Source of the DNA: a virus
Lineage: Duplodnaviria > Caudoviricetes
Length of the DNA stretch: 64,000 nucleotides
Strand: one strand, 5' to 3'
IMG/VR virus record: IMGVR_UViG_3300036713_000599
This document shows, one piece after another, positions 18,468-26,855 of the stretch. The notes beneath the pieces are model-generated. The model searched no databases. It saw only the letters and a program-made list of their open reading frames with translations, and was not told the DNA's origin. Position 1 is the first letter of the stretch. Each line of letters starts with the position of its first letter. The translations under genes were made by a program, and so were the position numbers.

Positions 18468-19316
18468 ATGGGCGTATATTTGCTTGTCACAGTCGGCTCA
18501 GACGGAGCCACTAACTGGGTTCGAACTCCAGACGGTCGGAAATTTAACCTCGGCCCTGTCTCTGTTCTGAACTTTGTCACCAAGCTATGCCTGGGAGGCC
18601 AGCGGGAATCTCGTAGGATTCTTGATAAGTTCCTTTCGGGCGAAGAAGTCATGCTTCGTGTAGACGAGGGTCGTATGTGGAATCTGATGACGCCCCGTCG
18701 TCGTAGATGGGCCATGGCGCATCCTTTTATCCCCGTGGATCAGCAGACAAGCCAAGGAAAGAACATGGATACGATCGGTATCGACCTCGACGGTCTTCTT
18801 GAGCACATTAATGTAATGAAGCGGGTGGCAGGCAAGGTTTCTGCTGAGAAGATGGCTGAAGGTACAGACATTCTGAAAAAGTTTGTTGCCAAGATCATCG
18901 ACCAAAGCAGCAATTCCGCGTATTACGGGCTCGGTGTCAACGTTTTCGAGGCCAGCGAGGACTCTGGAGTGGTTGACTCTGAGGACGCTGGTGCTGCGAA
19001 AGTAGCCTCTGGGCCGAATACGGGTGAGATGGTTGTTGGCGGTATTCTTATGAAGATGGCGGAGATTGATGAGAAGATCGGGCAGCTTGAGAAGGCTGGT
19101 AAAAAGTTTGACTCAGTTGAGGCTCGTCTCGATATCCATGACCTTTGTCAGAAAGTAGCAAGCCTCACGGCTTCTACGGAACTTATGGAATCTTGGGCCT
19201 TAGAAGACCTTGTAGAATACCAAAAACAAGCTGACCAACTCCATGGACTGTTTTTCCCGAAGATAAAAAACGTAAGTGAGCATAAAGCCTCTAACGAGGA
19301 CTCTTATTACTACTGA
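18468..19316 (+). CDS. Hypothetical protein, possibly with an internal in-frame start at 18765
   Basis: 282-aa ORF. The internal ATG at 18765 is preceded by AAGGA at 6-nt spacing. Confidence 0.65.
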   Translation: MGVYLLVTVGSDGATNWVRTPDGRKFNLGPVSVLNFVTKLCLGGQRESRRILDKFLSGEEVMLRVDEGRMWNLMTPRRRRWAMAHPFIPVDQQTSQGKNMDTIGIDLDGLLEHINVMKRVAGKVSAEKMAEGTDILKKFVAKIIDQSSNSAYYGLGVNVFEASEDSGVVDSEDAGAAKVASGPNTGEMVVGGILMKMAEIDEKIGQLEKAGKKFDSVEARLDIHDLCQKVASLTASTELMESWALEDLVEYQKQADQLHGLFFPKIKNVSEHKASNEDSYYY

Positions 19317-19360
19317 TGGTGCAACACCGGACAGAGCCAGACCCACAGGAGACTAGATAA

Positions 19361-20092
19361 ATGGCACAGCCAAGTTCAACTGCGAACTATATTTACCGGA
19401 TGGGCACGGCCCCTAATACCCGTGCTGCCGTTTCACAGAAAAACAAGGTTTACGGCTACATGTATGGCGTAGGCCAATTTCAGCAGATTGGTGTAGTGAG
19501 TGAGTTTGGAACGGATGAGTCGCGATCTGTGGAGGCTATCAGGGGTGTGGGTTATGGTGACCAAATCGCCGAGCTTGTTCCCGGTGTGACTGAACCAATG
19601 ACCTTGACGCTGAATAAGACGTTGCTTTACGCTGTGAACTTGTTCCAGGTGGTTGGGTACAAAGGCGGTGTTGAAGGTCTGGTTCGGAGCCTCAAACACC
19701 ACCGGTGGCCGTTCGACATCAAGCAAGAATTGGTGTTTTCGGAGATCGTGTCAGGTACCAGTGAGAGCGGTGGAACAGGGGACCTCTTAAGTGCTGAGGG
19801 GCCAAAAGCCGCTACTGTGCAGACTAGTGTAGACGAGTCTGCCACAGGTACCGGTGCGCGAGCTTTATTCACTTTCTTCGAGGGGTGTTGGCTGAACAGT
19901 TACAGCGCGTCTTTCGCGGCTGACTCTGCTATTGTGGCCGAGAACGGTTCTGTTACGGTGACTGACATCATTGATGGTTACAGCCAGTACGGCGAATGGA
20001 TGGACACAGGACTGTCTCCGTCCAAAGGTGCTCCTGGTAAGGGCCATTCTCTTCGGTTCTCTGGGAATGGTGCGGGAACTCCGACTATCTAG
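19361..20092 (+). CDS. Tail tube protein (gp19-like)
   Basis: 243 aa with RBS AGGAG. The segment IGVVSEF...ESRSVEAIRGVGYGDQIAELVPG.TEPMTLTLNK...PFDIKQE...FFEGCWLNSYS...VTVTDI is a tube-fold strand pattern. It precedes the chaperone and tape-measure genes. Confidence 0.85.
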   Translation: MAQPSSTANYIYRMGTAPNTRAAVSQKNKVYGYMYGVGQFQQIGVVSEFGTDESRSVEAIRGVGYGDQIAELVPGVTEPMTLTLNKTLLYAVNLFQVVGYKGGVEGLVRSLKHHRWPFDIKQELVFSEIVSGTSESGGTGDLLSAEGPKAATVQTSVDESATGTGARALFTFFEGCWLNSYSASFAADSAIVAENGSVTVTDIIDGYSQYGEWMDTGLSPSKGAPGKGHSLRFSGNGAGTPTI

Positions 20093-20110
20093 TAGTCGGT
20101 AGCAACCCAT

Positions 20111-20201
20111 AGACGACGATGAAGATAAAGATGAGAATGGACCCCTTCTGTGGCAACCAGTGCCTCCTGACCCAGGTCTGACCCTGTCTTCGTCGCCGTC
20201 T
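20111..20201 (+). promoter_or_regulatory. Long intercistronic stem-loop between tube and chaperone genes
   Basis: AGACGACGATGAAGAT (20111-20126) pairs with GTCTTCGTCGCCGTCT (20186-20201) at 15 of 16 positions, including 2 G-U pairs. Confidence 0.5.
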
Positions 20202-20229
20202 TCTTAGGTAAGATGAAAAGGAGATGGGG

Positions 20230-21408
20230 ATGGCAACGTTGCAAGCCTCGAAAGTTCTAGAAGCATTAGCACGAGCGAAACAAGTAGGTCGCGTCGAGAC
20301 GTCCGTTACGATCGATGGTTGCCCGCTTGTTCTTCAGAACCTCACTACCAGTGACTACAACAATATACATGCGGAGACAGAGGGTCTTGATGAAGTAGCT
20401 TATCTTCATGGTTTTCAGGAGGGGCATATTTGTCGTTCCATTGTAGAGATAGGCGACCAGGATCTTCGGGATGTTCAGTTTATTGAGGAGGAGGTTCCCA
20501 GTGGTGCCTATGTTGTCGAGGTACAATTGCCCAACAAGTCTTCTGCCGAAGCTCTTGCGACAGAGGCCCGGAAGAAGGGCGGCAAGGCGAGTGTGATCCC
20601 TCCTAGCGGGGATATTCGAACTATCCGGCTTGAGAGGCATGCTTGGATTAAAGATCATTTCATGCCAGAATGGGGTCGTGAGGCCGTTATTGTAGCATGG
20701 CAAAAATTCTCGGAAGTTTTAGATGAGGCTGAGAATAAGGCGAGGGAAGGTATCACCTTCAAGGTTCCGGATGAAACGTCGGAGGAAAAGCTTCGACGGC
20801 TATTTTCGGAATTGAAAGAGGTGGAAGAAGAACTGCCTCCGGAGATAGCCGAGGCAGTCTACAATGAAATGGGGCTGTTCAAGGCGTCTTCTAAGCAGGA
20901 GATGGATAGGGTTAACACTAAGCTCCGCGACCTTAAACCGGCTCCAGAAGTCTCTTCGGCCACCCCCAAAGCTCTTGAGCCCGCACCTGCCCCTCAAGTT
21001 CCTGAGCAGGCTCCTGAACCTCTACAAAGGACTCCGTCTTCGGAGCCTACGCCTGAAGAGCTAATGCAGACTCGGATGCCACTCAATCGGCGACCGGTTG
21101 CTAATCCTCGACCCCCTTCTCAAGAAACTACGACTTCGGCGGCTAAAAGGGTCCTGGTTCCGGAGCAGATTCAGAAAGCCGCTGTCGCAAACACTGCGAG
21201 TATGCGAGGTCGTTCTGCTCAGATAGCAAGCCTTGAGGCCCAAGTGACTCCTGATGTTTTGGAGCACGGAACTTACGACCCGCACGGGGGAGAGATAGCG
21301 GAACTGTCTGCCCCGTTAAGAGGGATAGATGGTGCGGAAGCTCGGACAATTATCAATACGCCACCTAAGGTAGGCATCAACACTCGGTTCAAGCCACCTC
21401 AAAGGTGA
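20230..21408 (+). CDS. Putative tail assembly chaperone with Pro-rich C-terminal linker
   Basis: AAGGAG abuts ATG 20224, so ATG 20230 is favoured (392 aa). It lies directly after the tube gene. The call rests on synteny only. Confidence 0.55.
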   Translation: MATLQASKVLEALARAKQVGRVETSVTIDGCPLVLQNLTTSDYNNIHAETEGLDEVAYLHGFQEGHICRSIVEIGDQDLRDVQFIEEEVPSGAYVVEVQLPNKSSAEALATEARKKGGKASVIPPSGDIRTIRLERHAWIKDHFMPEWGREAVIVAWQKFSEVLDEAENKAREGITFKVPDETSEEKLRRLFSELKEVEEELPPEIAEAVYNEMGLFKASSKQEMDRVNTKLRDLKPAPEVSSATPKALEPAPAPQVPEQAPEPLQRTPSSEPTPEELMQTRMPLNRRPVANPRPPSQETTTSAAKRVLVPEQIQKAAVANTASMRGRSAQIASLEAQVTPDVLEHGTYDPHGGEIAELSAPLRGIDGAEARTIINTPPKVGINTRFKPPQR

Positions 21409-21409
21409 T

Positions 21410-22660
21410 ATGTCGTCAGCGGAACAACAATATGCTCAGGAGCAGGCTAAGCTTGGACGTGAGCATACGGGCACTGCTGACGATATTCGTATTGAGGCAC
21501 CAAAACCACCTGAGGTCAATCCCGAGCTTCTCAAAGATGTCGAACCCCTGCTTTTCCGAGGCTTCTTATACGTGCCGGCGGAAATCAATGGGGTGAACTT
21601 TGTCTTCAAGTCACTCAATCATCATGAATACGAACGGCTTTTATTGACGGTGAACCCGTCAGGCCGCAAAGGCAGATCGGACTTCTATAATTACTTCTTG
21701 GCTTTTGGGGTGTTGATGATTGATGGGGTGAACATTCTTCCTGATAGGGAGCGATGGATTCCAGAAATCGCAGACACTTTTAAGCAGTTTGAGGACAAGT
21801 CGAAGTCTAGAGTGGTTCGAAATCTCAGTGAAGTGAATCGTCGGGCCAGTAGAGCTGTTTTGTTGACTGACGTGTTTGCCATGGATCCTCAGTCTAGGCT
21901 CCGATGGGCCCAGTATCAAAAGCTTGACTTGACTTCGTCTGCTGTGACAGGTTTTGCGGGCACTGAGGCTCTTGGTTTGAATTGGGGTCAGCTTACGTGG
22001 AGAGCGATTAATTTCTACGAGGACCACCACGAGCAGATTGAACGAGAATGGGAAAACACAAAATTTGTGGCTGGGGCTTTTGCAGGAAGCAAGGGTCTCG
22101 CTCCGATCAATAATCGGGATAAACAGAGGCGGGAAAAGGAACGTGATGAACGTTTGGCTCGAAGAGATAAGTTGCTTCGGGCAGCTTTTTTGAACGAGTC
22201 CCTAACTTCTACGACCACCAAAAATGGTGCACCTGTACAGGTGGCACGTACTGTAGAGGAGTTGGCGGACCAGCTAGAGAAAGATCTGCGAGGCGAGAAA
22301 GACTGGCATGATCAGGTAGTCGAAGCCCAAGAGAACCGTGTGAAGGAACGTTATAATGAGCGTATGCAGGCTCTGGAGGCCATCCAGGAGAAGCACATCG
22401 AGCAGTACGGTCCGAGTCCCGTTGTGGGTGGCACCGAGGCTTTTGCGGGGCTTAGCCCTGACGAGGTACAACAACGTATCGCGGCACGTCAGCAGAGGGT
22501 CTCTCAAAGAATGGCTGCGGCACAGAGATTCCCTGAAGCTTTTGACCCTAAACTTTCCAAATTCATGGACAAGTGGCACGAATCTAGTACCACGGAAGTC
22601 GTCCCAGCTATCGTAACGAAACGCCCTCCTGGGAAGCCTTTTAGGCGAGGTGGTGAGTAA
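21410..22660 (+). CDS. Putative second tail assembly chaperone (pre-tape-measure)
   Basis: 416 aa, helical and charged. Its N-terminal part (FVFKSLN..E) resembles chaperone domains. It lies directly before the tape measure gene. Confidence 0.55.
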   Translation: MSSAEQQYAQEQAKLGREHTGTADDIRIEAPKPPEVNPELLKDVEPLLFRGFLYVPAEINGVNFVFKSLNHHEYERLLLTVNPSGRKGRSDFYNYFLAFGVLMIDGVNILPDRERWIPEIADTFKQFEDKSKSRVVRNLSEVNRRASRAVLLTDVFAMDPQSRLRWAQYQKLDLTSSAVTGFAGTEALGLNWGQLTWRAINFYEDHHEQIEREWENTKFVAGAFAGSKGLAPINNRDKQRREKERDERLARRDKLLRAAFLNESLTSTTTKNGAPVQVARTVEELADQLEKDLRGEKDWHDQVVEAQENRVKERYNERMQALEAIQEKHIEQYGPSPVVGGTEAFAGLSPDEVQQRIAARQQRVSQRMAAAQRFPEAFDPKLSKFMDKWHESSTTEVVPAIVTKRPPGKPFRRGGE

Positions 22661-25600
22661 TGGTAACCGATAGAGAGATCATCCACCTTGAGATCGACGT
22701 CAATACCAAGGCGGGGCGACAGAAGGTCACACAGTTCCAAAAAGAGACCAACAAGCAGCTTAAGAGGGTGACCAAAGGTGTCGAGGATCTTGGAAAAGTT
22801 AGTCGGAGTGTAACTGACGAAGCGGTTGGCGACACCGAGGACTGGATCCGGAGTCTCGGTAAGGTGTCGGGCTACTATTCCTCTGAAATCAAAGAGATTC
22901 AGAAGCTCGATAGTGCGATAGGTCATCTGAAACAGCAAAGAGAAAAGGCCGACAAGGATGCCGTAAAAGGTATTGACGATCAGATCAAAGCCTTAACAAC
23001 AAGGATGCGCAAGAAGAAGTTTGAGATCATGCCCTTCGACATGAAGGCCATGGGCGCTGAAGCTAAGGATGGCATGGACAAGGCTGCCAAGGGCTTCAAG
23101 GGCGCCATGTCCAGCTTCTTTGGCCGTGACTTGCCTGGTATGCTTGGAGGGGGTGGGGGATTAGCAAAGGGACTCGGAAAGAGGCTCCTTGGGGGCATTG
23201 GGGAGAAGGGGGTCCAGATTAGGGGCAGGGGGGTCGACCTGTCCAAGAAGGCTGCGGCCGGTCGTGGTGGAATGGCGTCGGCAGTGGCTGGTAAGAGCAT
23301 GAAGGCTATGGGTGGGGCCATGGCTAAGATGGGTGGCATGATGGGTACCTTGTCAAAGCTCGGACCTATTGTTGGTGGTGTGGCTGCAGCCCTCATGGCC
23401 GTTGTCAAGATTATGATCGATGCTGACGCACAGGCGAAGAAATTTCAAAAAGGCCTTCTTGATTCGACCAGTACGGCGGAGTTTCTGGGAGCGGCGGGAG
23501 GTGATTCTGCTCTAGCCTACGAGGATCTACATGACGCCGTAAAGTCTGTGAGGGACGCAGCCTTCTCCTGGGAAAATTTGGAGTGGGGAATCTCATCTGA
23601 GGAGCATTCGGCTGCGATGAATGCGTTGACTCAGGAGGGGGTAGCTCTCCATCGGATTACGCAGGAAGCTGAGGTCGCGAAGAAATCGGTCCAGGAATTC
23701 GCTGCTGAGGTGACACACGTTGGTGTGGCGTATTCCCGTATATTTGGTGTCTCTCTACAGGATGTGTCTAAATTCCAAGGTGAGATGATGACAGATCTTG
23801 GCATGGGTCTTGAGGAAACGAAGCTTGCTTTCGCACACATGACTCGATCGGCCACTGATTCCGGTATTGCGGCGAACCGGTTCTACAGCATTATCCGTGG
23901 TGTTTCTCAAGACTTGTCCTTGTACAATGTTCGTATGGGTTCCGCGGTTAAGCTTTTGGGGATGTTGGGCAAGGTCATGAGTCCCCGCAATGCTGGGAAG
24001 TTCATGCAGCAAGCGACTCAAGGGCTCAGGCAGATGAGTCAGGATGACCGTCTTAAGTTAGCTATCATGACCGGAGACAAGGGCAAGAAGATTCTTGACA
24101 AGGATTTAAAGCATCGTCGTCAAGCCCTCTATCAACGTATAAGTGACGCCATCGGAGAAGGGACTGACGAGGTACGTGATCAGCTTACTAAGAACCCTAA
24201 GGCTGTATGGGACAAGGTTAAGGAGAAGGCAAAAGGACAGCTGGGTACCCTTAGAGAGGCTGATCTTGAACTTAAAATTGATGAAAGATCGAAGGAAAGG
24301 GGTATGTATGGTCGAGCGTTTGCCATGGAGAACCTTGGGATGGGGGCTAGCCTTGATATATTGACGGCGGCTTTGGCCCCACACGGTGGTGGCACAACAC
24401 TCATGGAGGGTGCTGGTCGTCTTGGTATGACTAAAATGGCAGAAGTAACCGGCGTAAGCACTCAACACCTCCGTGGGTTGATGAAGCAAGAAGTCGCTGT
24501 GAAGGAGCAACGTGACGCCCTTCTCGCTCAAGGGCAAGAGGAGTTGGCCGCGGCTCAGAAAATTGAGGATGCTACTGAGCGTGCGGCTGCGGAAGCGGCA
24601 GCTAACGCCAAGATTGCTACAGCTGAAAGTGGTAGTACGCAAGATATCATTGACTCAATGAGTGAAGAGGAGATATCTGCCCTTAAGGAAGAAGCCAAGG
24701 ATCAGATGGATTACGCCAAGGACCAAGGCAAGATGACTCAGAGCCTGGTGGACAAACTTGGTGTTCTTGTCGACTTCGTGATGAATCAGATCTATAATGC
24801 CATGATCGGCATCTGGGATCTGATCGCAAAAGTTGCTGGGAAGGCTGGTATAGGCGATCCTGAGGAGAGGAAGCGTATCGAGAGAATTAAAATGGCTCGC
24901 GGAGCGAAAGGTGCTGCAAAAACGGAACTGGTGCAGGTTGCAGATAAAGGCGGAGATCTGAAGCGGGGTATGGCCGGCACAGCTTTGGCGGGAGCTATGG
25001 ACCTTGCTCTTAAGTCTGCTTTTGATCCTGGTGCCTTTGATGCACGAGATCGCGCCAAAGAGTTGTCCGACAAAAAAGCTAAAACTGACCCGAAAAATTG
25101 GACAAAGAAGGACGAGAAGGCGTTAAAAAATGCCCTTTCGGCGGTCAAGAAGGGTGAGATGGGGGCTAAAGCATTTAAGGGTATGAAGGACTCAATGTTT
25201 GAGAATCTCTCAAATCAGCAATTACAGGAAGCTCTGCGTATGGGAGGCCTCAGTAAAGAGAAGTTTGATACGTTTGGAGTCCAGATGTCTGCCGGCGCTA
25301 TGTCTCCGGATCAGGTAGCGGTCAGGGAAAGGGCCATGAAAAAGGCGGGTATTACTGAAGAGGAGATAGCCAACGCTCTTCGTAATGTGCCGTGGCTTAA
25401 GGATAGCGACGCCGCTCTCAAAACTATGGCTGGCATGTCTCCTGCCTTAGAGGGTACTGATTTCTACGAGGAAGCCCAAAAGACAGCAAAAGAGACTGAG
25501 GCGGCGACTAAAGAAGGCGCCGTGGCCGTCTCACATATGGATAAAGAGGCTACTAGAGACGGCACCCTGTACGTGAAATTTAGTAGTAAGTTCCTTAAAA

Positions 25601-26085
25601 GTGACTACAAAAAAACTGTCCATGATGCGATCCTCGACGCCATGCGCACAGCCCTCTTCGAATACTGGATGTATTCTGATCTCGACCGAGAAAAAGTGTC
25701 GGGGCTCATGAGGGACAAGGGCATGTCGGTAGGAAGCTTTTCCGGCGCTTTCTCTGAGAAATTGAAGACTGGCAAGGACTTATTTAGGCTTGAGGGGGGT
25801 GGCACCGCTGAAGAAGGTAAGGCAGCTGTTCCGCGGCAGCATGGTGGTCTTGTGACTCACGTCCGCGATGGAATGGCTGTTGTTCGTCCCCCACCTCCAG
25901 GTGAGGGCTTCACGGCCATCGGTCCTGGTGAACAAATCATGCCTGCGTATGCTCGCGGGCGAGGTGGAGGGGCAGGCGGTGCAACTAACGTCCACATCAC
26001 CTTGGACCCGAACGCAAGACAGTTGATCAGAGCACAGGTTGCAGACGGCATCTACGAGTACAAGCAGCGTGAGAGGAACACCTGA
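22660..26085 (+). CDS. Tape measure protein
   Basis: 1141 aa, A/G/K/M-rich and helical, with a hydrophobic GGVAAALMAVV segment. The C-terminus carries the QHGGLV...GE...GPGEQIMP motif typical of tape measure proteins. Confidence 0.9.
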   Translation: MVTDREIIHLEIDVNTKAGRQKVTQFQKETNKQLKRVTKGVEDLGKVSRSVTDEAVGDTEDWIRSLGKVSGYYSSEIKEIQKLDSAIGHLKQQREKADKDAVKGIDDQIKALTTRMRKKKFEIMPFDMKAMGAEAKDGMDKAAKGFKGAMSSFFGRDLPGMLGGGGGLAKGLGKRLLGGIGEKGVQIRGRGVDLSKKAAAGRGGMASAVAGKSMKAMGGAMAKMGGMMGTLSKLGPIVGGVAAALMAVVKIMIDADAQAKKFQKGLLDSTSTAEFLGAAGGDSALAYEDLHDAVKSVRDAAFSWENLEWGISSEEHSAAMNALTQEGVALHRITQEAEVAKKSVQEFAAEVTHVGVAYSRIFGVSLQDVSKFQGEMMTDLGMGLEETKLAFAHMTRSATDSGIAANRFYSIIRGVSQDLSLYNVRMGSAVKLLGMLGKVMSPRNAGKFMQQATQGLRQMSQDDRLKLAIMTGDKGKKILDKDLKHRRQALYQRISDAIGEGTDEVRDQLTKNPKAVWDKVKEKAKGQLGTLREADLELKIDERSKERGMYGRAFAMENLGMGASLDILTAALAPHGGGTTLMEGAGRLGMTKMAEVTGVSTQHLRGLMKQEVAVKEQRDALLAQGQEELAAAQKIEDATERAAAEAAANAKIATAESGSTQDIIDSMSEEEISALKEEAKDQMDYAKDQGKMTQSLVDKLGVLVDFVMNQIYNAMIGIWDLIAKVAGKAGIGDPEERKRIERIKMARGAKGAAKTELVQVADKGGDLKRGMAGTALAGAMDLALKSAFDPGAFDARDRAKELSDKKAKTDPKNWTKKDEKALKNALSAVKKGEMGAKAFKGMKDSMFENLSNQQLQEALRMGGLSKEKFDTFGVQMSAGAMSPDQVAVRERAMKKAGITEEEIANALRNVPWLKDSDAALKTMAGMSPALEGTDFYEEAQKTAKETEAATKEGAVAVSHMDKEATRDGTLYVKFSSKFLKSDYKKTVHDAILDAMRTALFEYWMYSDLDREKVSGLMRDKGMSVGSFSGAFSEKLKTGKDLFRLEGGGTAEEGKAAVPRQHGGLVTHVRDGMAVVRPPPPGEGFTAIGPGEQIMPAYARGRGGGAGGATNVHITLDPNARQLIRAQVADGIYEYKQRERNT

Positions 26086-26855
26086 TGCCGCGTATTCCGT
26101 CACCTAATCCGGATTTTTCTGAAGTCCTGAATGTCCCGTCTAACGAGATCCCGTACGAGCATCCGGCGGCGGGTAGGAGGAATAAGCCTATAGCTATGGC
26201 TTTCCAAGTGACGAGCCCTTTTAGTAGGACACGTGTCTTGTTGCCTCACACGCTTGTCTTACACGTCAACCCTCAGAGCCTGAGCGAGGGGTACGTCCAG
26301 AAAGTCGAGCGTATTCAGACGCGGGGTGGGTGGGTTGAGCAACATTGGGGGCAAGACCTCATAGAGATCACAGCAGACGGGTCCACTGGCGCGTTTATGC
26401 ATATTCAGACAGGACTCTCCTCTGTGCTCCGTCAAAGGACTATTGCGTGGGACCGGTACAGGGATTTGCACGATCTCTACCTGAACAATGGTAGCCTCTA
26501 CGATCCTTTCGGGAACATAGTTCTTCAGGGGCATATTATGCTCATGTATGACAGAGGGACGTACCTCGGACACTTCCGAAGTTTTGAGGTAGAGGAAACA
26601 GATGACAGCCCGTTTGCTTTCCGCCTCAATTGGTCGTTCAAGGTCGAGCACACGATCATGTCTGTACCTTTCACGTTTAAGGATGCGTTTAATGCCTCAT
26701 CCGCACCTATTCCGGCTTTCCAGGCTCAAAATGTGCCTGGTGGCGAGTCTGTGTCTGGACCAGGAATGGTGAGGACAGAAGATGAGTTGCAACGACAAGA
26801 AACATCGGAAGTGGCGGGGCAGCAACGACGCGGTGTAATTGAAGGTGGTGCCTGA
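26085..26855 (+). CDS. Baseplate tube-initiator protein (gp48/gp54-like)
   Basis: 256 aa. The segment LHVNPQSLS......ERIQTRGGWVEQHWG...TYLGHFRSFEVEET..SPF.F..NWSFKV is a tube-like fold. It follows the tape measure gene. Confidence 0.7.
   Translation: MPRIPSPNPDFSEVLNVPSNEIPYEHPAAGRRNKPIAMAFQVTSPFSRTRVLLPHTLVLHVNPQSLSEGYVQKVERIQTRGGWVEQHWGQDLIEITADGSTGAFMHIQTGLSSVLRQRTIAWDRYRDLHDLYLNNGSLYDPFGNIVLQGHIMLMYDRGTYLGHFRSFEVEETDDSPFAFRLNWSFKVEHTIMSVPFTFKDAFNASSAPIPAFQAQNVPGGESVSGPGMVRTEDELQRQETSEVAGQQRRGVIEGGA

Noticed and set aside
21380-21420. Lambda G/GT-type programmed frameshift between the two chaperone-like genes
   Set aside because: No slippery heptamer is near the first stop. The second ORF has its own ATG 1 nt after the stop, in the +1 frame.
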